Shown here: in pieces, positions 33,474 to 38,422 of the stretch
How positions within the stretch are numbered: the stretch's first letter is position 1
How the letters are laid out: every line of letters begins with the position of its first letter
Virus record (IMG/VR): IMGVR_UViG_3300010362_000052
Coordinates: 1 to 38,422 of that record
DNA: 38,422 nt
Strand: one strand, 5' to 3'
DNA from: a virus
Lineage: Duplodnaviria > Caudoviricetes
The notes under the pieces: model-generated
What the model saw: the letters and a program-made list of their open reading frames with translations, nothing else
Database searches by the model: none
Told to the model about the DNA's origin: nothing
Translations under genes and position numbers: made by a program

Positions 33474-35053
33474 AACTGCCTTGCTCCGGGCAGCCCCATG
33501 CCGGCGAGAACGGCATAGAGGGCTTCGAACTGCCAAGTCTCATCGAACTTCGAATTCGAGAGCTTGATGAAGAGGGCTTGCCCAGTGGTCCCAGGGCGAA
33601 TGGCTTCACTGCGTCCTGCGCCGATCGTGCGCGTGAAGCGTGGGGTGGCCGCATTATAAGCATGTTCTGCGGAATGTCCCGTAAAAATTTCCAGCTTCAC
33701 CTTGTCGGATTGCTCACCCAGAACGGAAATCAGTTCCGTAATCCGGGCTTTAGCCCCCTGCATCTGAATCGGACCAATTTTGAGATGGCTCTCGATCGCC
33801 GTGCCGTCGTCCTGTTTGCTGTGCCAGTCGAGGAACTGAATCGCCCCGTCGTAGCGCCCCAGCAGGAGAACCCGATCGTCCACCGCATCGCCGTCCATCA
33901 GGTGAGTGGCGGTGCAGTTGTGATCCGGGTTGCCGAACGTATCGGGCCAGAAGGCTTTGTTCTGAGTGTCGAAACACCAGTTGGTGGTGGGCCCGCCGGC
34001 GATCGGCGTGATGTAGAACATGACGGCCTGCAGGGAATCATCCCACCCGAGGCGAACGATGTTCTCGGCGAAGTCGATGCGCATCAGTTGGTCGTCAACG
34101 CGCAGAGCGGAGACCCGCTCCGGCTGGGCCGGCTGCCCAGGCGTTGGCCGAAAGACGTAGAGCCCGCCGCGGCTGCCGACAAACCAGACATTGCCCAGAT
34201 TGTCCTTACACCACGAATCACCGAAGGCCATCCCCACCGTGTCGGAGATCCGGTCGATCTGACCGCCGGCCATCGGATCGCCCGTCAACTGCCAGAGCGA
34301 GTGATCGCCACCGATCGCCAGAACGTCATCCGAGTAAGAGACCAGCGTGTTGATGATGTCGGGAACGAGCCCCGCTTCACAATTGTTTCCGGCGACCGCC
34401 TGGCTGGCGGTGGTGAAGGCCGGCGAATAGTCGTAGTCGAGTGGTACGAATTGGCGCGACATGAACCAGTTTTGCGGATCGCCCAGGAGACCACTCCAGA
34501 CCAGCCGGCCCCGCCAGGAGGTGATGAGGCGTGGAGCGTAGCCGTTCGAGTCGATCGGCAGGGCGCCGAACGTAGCCACCATCGTAACGACGGTGTTCGT
34601 GGCCGGGTCGTAGTATTTCCAGTTGAGCCCGTCGGCGTAATAGATTTTGCTGAGGAGAACCGTCGAGGAAATGAACGGTGTCGTCGTGCTGAGGGCGGCG
34701 GCGCCGTTGGTGACCGCCCCATAAACCCCACCGCGGCTGGCCGTCTTGACCGTGCCGCCAGCGACGGCGACCAGGGTATTCGTCCGGACGGATGGACCGC
34801 CCGTGCTGTAGGAGGTCGCCGACCGGATGACGTGATTGATGTTCTGGATCGGGGCCGATCCGTTGAGCGTGCCGGCCAGGTACCGGGTGTGTCCGCCGCG
34901 CTGTCCGCCACGATCGGCGTTGAAGATCGGGTCCATCGACCGCACGTTGAGCGCATCGTAGATCGTTCCATTCGCCTGGTGGGTAAATCCATCCTGCGTG
35001 TTGACGCCCCCCCTGGGGAACGGCAGCTCGTGGTATAATTGGCCTTTCGCCAT
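33470..35053 (-). CDS. Podoviral tail nozzle / packaged-DNA stabilization protein (P22 gp10 / tail tubular B-like beta-propeller)
   Basis: N-terminal PFPRGGVN...ALNVR, WRGRLV, WFMSR, VWFVGSRGGLY; beta-rich; immediately upstream of the ejection genes. Confidence 0.7.
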   Translation of the reverse strand: MAKGQLYHELPFPRGGVNTQDGFTHQANGTIYDALNVRSMDPIFNADRGGQRGGHTRYLAGTLNGSAPIQNINHVIRSATSYSTGGPSVRTNTLVAVAGGTVKTASRGGVYGAVTNGAAALSTTTPFISSTVLLSKIYYADGLNWKYYDPATNTVVTMVATFGALPIDSNGYAPRLITSWRGRLVWSGLLGDPQNWFMSRQFVPLDYDYSPAFTTASQAVAGNNCEAGLVPDIINTLVSYSDDVLAIGGDHSLWQLTGDPMAGGQIDRISDTVGMAFGDSWCKDNLGNVWFVGSRGGLYVFRPTPGQPAQPERVSALRVDDQLMRIDFAENIVRLGWDDSLQAVMFYITPIAGGPTTNWCFDTQNKAFWPDTFGNPDHNCTATHLMDGDAVDDRVLLLGRYDGAIQFLDWHSKQDDGTAIESHLKIGPIQMQGAKARITELISVLGEQSDKVKLEIFTGHSAEHAYNAATPRFTRTIGAGRSEAIRPGTTGQALFIKLSNSKFDETWQFEALYAVLAGMGLPGARQL

Positions 35054-35133
35054 CGCTCAAAATCCCGGCCTCGCCCGTTGGAGAGTGATTCGCCCGACAC
35101 CCCCAGAAAAGTCGGGCGAGGCCGTTTGTCCTT

Positions 35134-36654
35134 TCAGATGATTCGTGTCCGGGCGCGCCGCCCCTTCCTGGCGGGCTGCCTCTCTCGGTGTTCACAGCGC
35201 ACGCTGAAATCCGCCAGCACGCGCATTTCGGGAGCGTTGAGCGCCATCTCGATGTAGTAGTTGGCGTCGTACCAGTTGGTGTTGGCCCGGTGATGAAAGG
35301 GAAACCGCCGTAGCATCGACCGGCGGTGGATGACGCAGCCGAAGCCGTTCCCGCGCACACCGACGACTCCCGTCTTTGAGCCGTCGTCGGGCAACATCAA
35401 TCCCATGTCGTCCCAGGTGACGAGCTTGTTCTCTTCGAAGCGGTGGCGATAAATCCCCGCCACGCTGGCGACATCGGCGTTGAAATGCTGCATCAGGCGC
35501 CGGCCCGCATCCAGCGGGGGGAGAATGTCGTCTTCAATCACCCAGACGTATTCCGTCGTCGCTTCGGTGGCCATGCGGTTGTAGATCCGGGGCATGGCCG
35601 AATCGACGACCTGGGCAACGAATGAATTGCGGCGGTTGCGGTCGGCGAAGGAACCGGGTTTGGAGAGCTTCGTCTCCATGTAGCGCACGTCGCCGTACTC
35701 ACACTCCATCGCCCAGCGCCGCAGCATCCTGCCGAAGCGGGGATTGTCGCTGGTGTCACACAGCATCAGCCGTGTCTGGGAATGCGGCCATTTCTGCCGC
35801 TCCAGGAACTCCCGCATTTTGGGCCACGCCCAGAACCGCCCGGCAAAGGGGATAAACAGCGTCAGCGACTCGTTCGCCAACGCTGCTTCAACAAAGTACG
35901 TCCAGTTCTCCTGGCGGACGCGCGTGAGCCAGTTTGCGCCGTGATTGCGCCGCAGGAGAGGCGCCTCATGTTTGGCGAACCGGAAACCCTTGCGGGCGAT
36001 GGCGCGCCAGAGTGCCCAATCCTGAAGCATCGGCCAAGGCAGCCGGACATGGGCGTCAAAAGCGCCGCTGACCTCGATGGCATCCCGCCGGACCAGGCTG
36101 GCGCTATGGCAGAAGTTCTGCCTCTCGATCGACTGCATGTCGGCCGGCAGGTTGTAGACGACCAGTTCGTTCTTGTCGCCAAAGTTTTGAATGCTGCTGA
36201 AGGCGACGGCGACGGTCGTGTCAGCGAAGCACATGACGCCGCTCTCAAGGTAATTGCGGGGCATCACGTCGTCGGCGTCCAGAAAACAGACCACCGGCGC
36301 GTGGGTGATCTGAAAACCTGCCCGCTGCGCACAGAGGACATTGCCGGCCTCGATCCGGACGTAGCGGACGGTAGGAAACTGCCGCGCGACCTCGGCCGTG
36401 TTGTCGGTCGAAGCGTCATCGACGACGACGATCTCCGCCGCCGGGCGGGACTGCCGCAGAACGCTCTCGATCGCCTCCTGAAGGAAACGGCCATAGTTGT
36501 GGCAGGGGATGATCACGGCGATCGCGGGCTCCGGCCCTGGCAATCTCACCCGGCCGGTCTTCCGCAGGTGTTTCTGAATGGCCACCGCCAGAGGCACGCC
36601 GTTCACCCGGAAAGCGGGTTTCGGAATGAATGAGCCGATGAATCGAGGGGCCAT
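35134..36654 (-). CDS. Glycosyltransferase family 2 with two GT-A domains
   Basis: Domain 1: VIIPCHNYGRFL.EAIESVL.QS, VVDDASTD, FLDADD, QDWALW. Domain 2: LFIPF, WVIEDDILPP, GFGCVI, D.NY, A D.SV.CEH. Confidence 0.9.
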   Translation of the reverse strand: MAPRFIGSFIPKPAFRVNGVPLAVAIQKHLRKTGRVRLPGPEPAIAVIIPCHNYGRFLQEAIESVLRQSRPAAEIVVVDDASTDNTAEVARQFPTVRYVRIEAGNVLCAQRAGFQITHAPVVCFLDADDVMPRNYLESGVMCFADTTVAVAFSSIQNFGDKNELVVYNLPADMQSIERQNFCHSASLVRRDAIEVSGAFDAHVRLPWPMLQDWALWRAIARKGFRFAKHEAPLLRRNHGANWLTRVRQENWTYFVEAALANESLTLFIPFAGRFWAWPKMREFLERQKWPHSQTRLMLCDTSDNPRFGRMLRRWAMECEYGDVRYMETKLSKPGSFADRNRRNSFVAQVVDSAMPRIYNRMATEATTEYVWVIEDDILPPLDAGRRLMQHFNADVASVAGIYRHRFEENKLVTWDDMGLMLPDDGSKTGVVGVRGNGFGCVIHRRSMLRRFPFHHRANTNWYDANYYIEMALNAPEMRVLADFSVRCEHRERQPARKGRRARTRII

Positions 36655-36655
36655 G

Positions 36656-38422
36656 TCAAATCTGATCGAGAGCGGTCATCGACCCTTGCAGGAGGGTGAT
36701 GACGCTGTTGTTGGTGAGCGTGCCGATCACGCTGAAGTGATAATTCCGTTTGACGAACTTGGGCGTCTGGGCGGCAGTCAACTGGAGCCGCAACTCCTGC
36801 CCCGGCCCGGTCGGGGTGAGGATCGACATCGGCAGCCGGCCGATTTCGTCGGAGCCGTTCTGGAACTGGAAGATGACGCTGGCCCCGGTGAGATCCGGCC
36901 AACTCCCATCGCTGTTGAGGAACAGCAGCGCCCGTCCGTCCGCGGCCAGGTAGGAATCGCCGCGCAGGATCGTCACTTCGCCGGTGAGCGGATTGACCGG
37001 GCCGACGAAAGCCACATTGGCCGACGACATCGACGCGCGGGTGCTGACCGGGACGTCGAGGTTCGTGCCGACGATGTATCCGGCGGTGCCGGCGCCATAA
37101 CCGTTGGGGAGGATCGTGCTCCAGGGATCGCCGGCACTCCCAGCGGCTTGCAGCGCCTTACCGGTCGAGCCGGTCGTCAGGTGACCGGAGAGCATTTCAT
37201 CCCAGACCGCATCGGCGATATCGGCGGCCGTCGCGCCGCCCCCACCCGAGAGCGTCAAATGTGTCGTCGTGGCGTTGAGATCGACGCCGGTCCCGGTATG
37301 GACATAGGTCATGCCGTTGCCGTTCGTCGAGAGCGCTGCGGCATAAATCCCGTCGCCCGTAACGCCGGTTCCGCTGACAGCGTGGAGGCCGTCCCCGATT
37401 CCAGCGCCGTCAAGTTCCATCCCGTGCCCATTGACGAGCCCTTGCCCCAAGATGCCGGCAAGCTGTCCCGACGCCTTGAAACCAACTCCGTTCATTACGT
37501 TCGCCTGACAAAGAATGCCCCAGCCAGTTCCCGTACTAAGATTGAGAAATTGCGCTCCGGCAGAATTTGGTGCGGCTGTAGCACAAGACAATCCACATCC
37601 ACCGGTAGACGAACTGGTACACTGGAATCCATGACCTGTGGTGTTGCTAAAGGTCACGCCGGCAGTGACTGACATCGCTCCCGAATTGACGCCATCTATG
37701 AACAAGCCACCTGCCGTCCCTGGCACATTGCCGCTGGTGAACAGGCTCTTTCCGATCGAGCCAGCCACGGTGAAGTCCCCGGCCGTTGTGTCTTGCCAGA
37801 CGGCTGTGGCAATTGCCGCCGCAGTCGGGCCGCCGCCGCCACCCGTCGGAGCATTCGCCAGGGCCGCAGCGGTGTAGACGCTGGTGTTGGCAGTGAAGGC
37901 GTTGTAGAGCGACTTGCCGACGCTGTTGGCGACCGTGAAATCGCCAGCCGTGGAGTCTTGCCACACAGCCGTCGCCACCTGGGCGGCGGTCGGCGGGGTG
38001 ACCGTGAGCGTGTAACCCGTCTTGTCGTTGTTCGTCGTCACCGTGACGCCGCTGCTGACACTGGTGACCGATCCCATGTTGGAGCCGACGATGGCGTGAC
38101 CGCTCGCGGCGCCGGGGGCGATGTTGTTGATATACAGTGCCTTCCCGATACTGCTGGCGACGGTGAAGTCGCCGGCCGTGCTGTCCTGCCAGACCGCCGT
38201 GGCAATCGCCGCTGTCGTCGGGGGAGCCGTACTGTTCGGCATTCCGCCGACCCCCACGCTGTTCCAGTCGATGACATCACATTTGACGAGCGCCGCTCCG
38301 GCCGTGCCCGTGAAGTTGGTCGGCTGCGTCGTCCCCATATTGGCGTTGATTACGGAGACGCTCGTCGTGGCGATGGCGTTGATCCGCTTCACGTCCACAT
38401 CGAGGAGGGAATTGGCATCGAG
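36656..38422 (-). CDS. Tail fibre / virion structural protein with AVW repeats and C-terminal Ig (BppU-like) domain; 5'-truncated by window edge
   Basis: Frame open to 38422 (LDANSLLDVDVKR...); Gly/Thr/Ala-rich; PTAAAIATAVWQD.TAGDFTVA.S.GK.L repeats; C-terminal RGDS...DLTGA......LTAAQT....YHF.V. Confidence 0.75.
   Translation of the reverse strand, partial: LDANSLLDVDVKRINAIATTSVSVINANMGTTQPTNFTGTAGAALVKCDVIDWNSVGVGGMPNSTAPPTTAAIATAVWQDSTAGDFTVASSIGKALYINNIAPGAASGHAIVGSNMGSVTSVSSGVTVTTNNDKTGYTLTVTPPTAAQVATAVWQDSTAGDFTVANSVGKSLYNAFTANTSVYTAAALANAPTGGGGGPTAAAIATAVWQDTTAGDFTVAGSIGKSLFTSGNVPGTAGGLFIDGVNSGAMSVTAGVTFSNTTGHGFQCTSSSTGGCGLSCATAAPNSAGAQFLNLSTGTGWGILCQANVMNGVGFKASGQLAGILGQGLVNGHGMELDGAGIGDGLHAVSGTGVTGDGIYAAALSTNGNGMTYVHTGTGVDLNATTTHLTLSGGGGATAADIADAVWDEMLSGHLTTGSTGKALQAAGSAGDPWSTILPNGYGAGTAGYIVGTNLDVPVSTRASMSSANVAFVGPVNPLTGEVTILRGDSYLAADGRALLFLNSDGSWPDLTGASVIFQFQNGSDEIGRLPMSILTPTGPGQELRLQLTAAQTPKFVKRNYHFSVIGTLTNNSVITLLQGSMTALDQI
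37153..38224 (-). repeat. Four dispersed ~28-30 aa coding repeats (TAA.IA.AVW.D......V.GS.GK.L)
   Basis: Copies at about 38135-38224, 37907-37998, 37743-37829 and a divergent one at about 37153-37236. Confidence 0.85.

Larger units (their letters stand above)
1..38422. mobile_element. Segment of a tailed (podovirus-like) bacteriophage/prophage genome: recombination/replication/auxiliary arm on +, virion/ejection arm on -
   Basis: Dense, translationally coupled genes (many ATGA/TGATG overlaps). Bet, initiator+DnaB, Gp37/Gp68, DarB-like giant protein, nozzle and tail-fibre-like genes. No host housekeeping genes; no integrase or att site in the window. Confidence 0.93.

Noticed and set aside
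34285-35360. Same-strand alternative-frame ORFs (271 and 327 aa) over the nozzle/GT junction
   Set aside because: Arg/Pro/Ser-rich off-frame composition, no SD, no motifs, unlike the nested ORF at 24076-24447.
37743-38224. Tail-gene repeats as DGR template/variable repeats
   Set aside because: Differences are not adenine-specific and are mainly synonymous; no reverse transcriptase in the window.

Overview
GC-rich window that reads as an internal segment of a tailed, podovirus-like phage or prophage; a Planctomycetota host is inferred but not shown. The + strand (1-15017) carries a recombination/replication module: RecE-like exonuclease, Bet/RecT recombinase, two tandem Zn-finger repeat genes, a replication initiator with internal iteron-like repeats, and DnaB. 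It continues with auxiliary genes: an alpha-CTD-like protein, wHTH, Gp37/Gp68 (DUF5131), a RuvC-like resolvase, a degenerate two-frame C5-methyltransferase, a sigma factor and a ParB/DGQHR-like protein. It ends with a promoter-led cluster of membrane/secreted proteins built around a papain-like cysteine peptidase. The - strand (15014-38422) carries the virion module: tail-fibre-like protein, tandem GT2 glycosyltransferase, nozzle-like protein, two small tail proteins, three low-complexity ejection-like proteins and a 4321-aa DarB-like polyvalent protein (N6-MTase, SNF2 helicase, zincin, LPD38-like). Best leads: (1) an SD-equipped 123-aa gene nested out of frame in the giant gene; (2) the peptidase/Sec/Tat cassette as a possible non-canonical lysis or envelope-remodelling system; (3) an intact but catalytically stripped EcoHK31I-type alpha/beta methyltransferase. 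No rRNA, tRNA or CRISPR array was seen. All family calls come from motifs recognised by eye; no searches were run.
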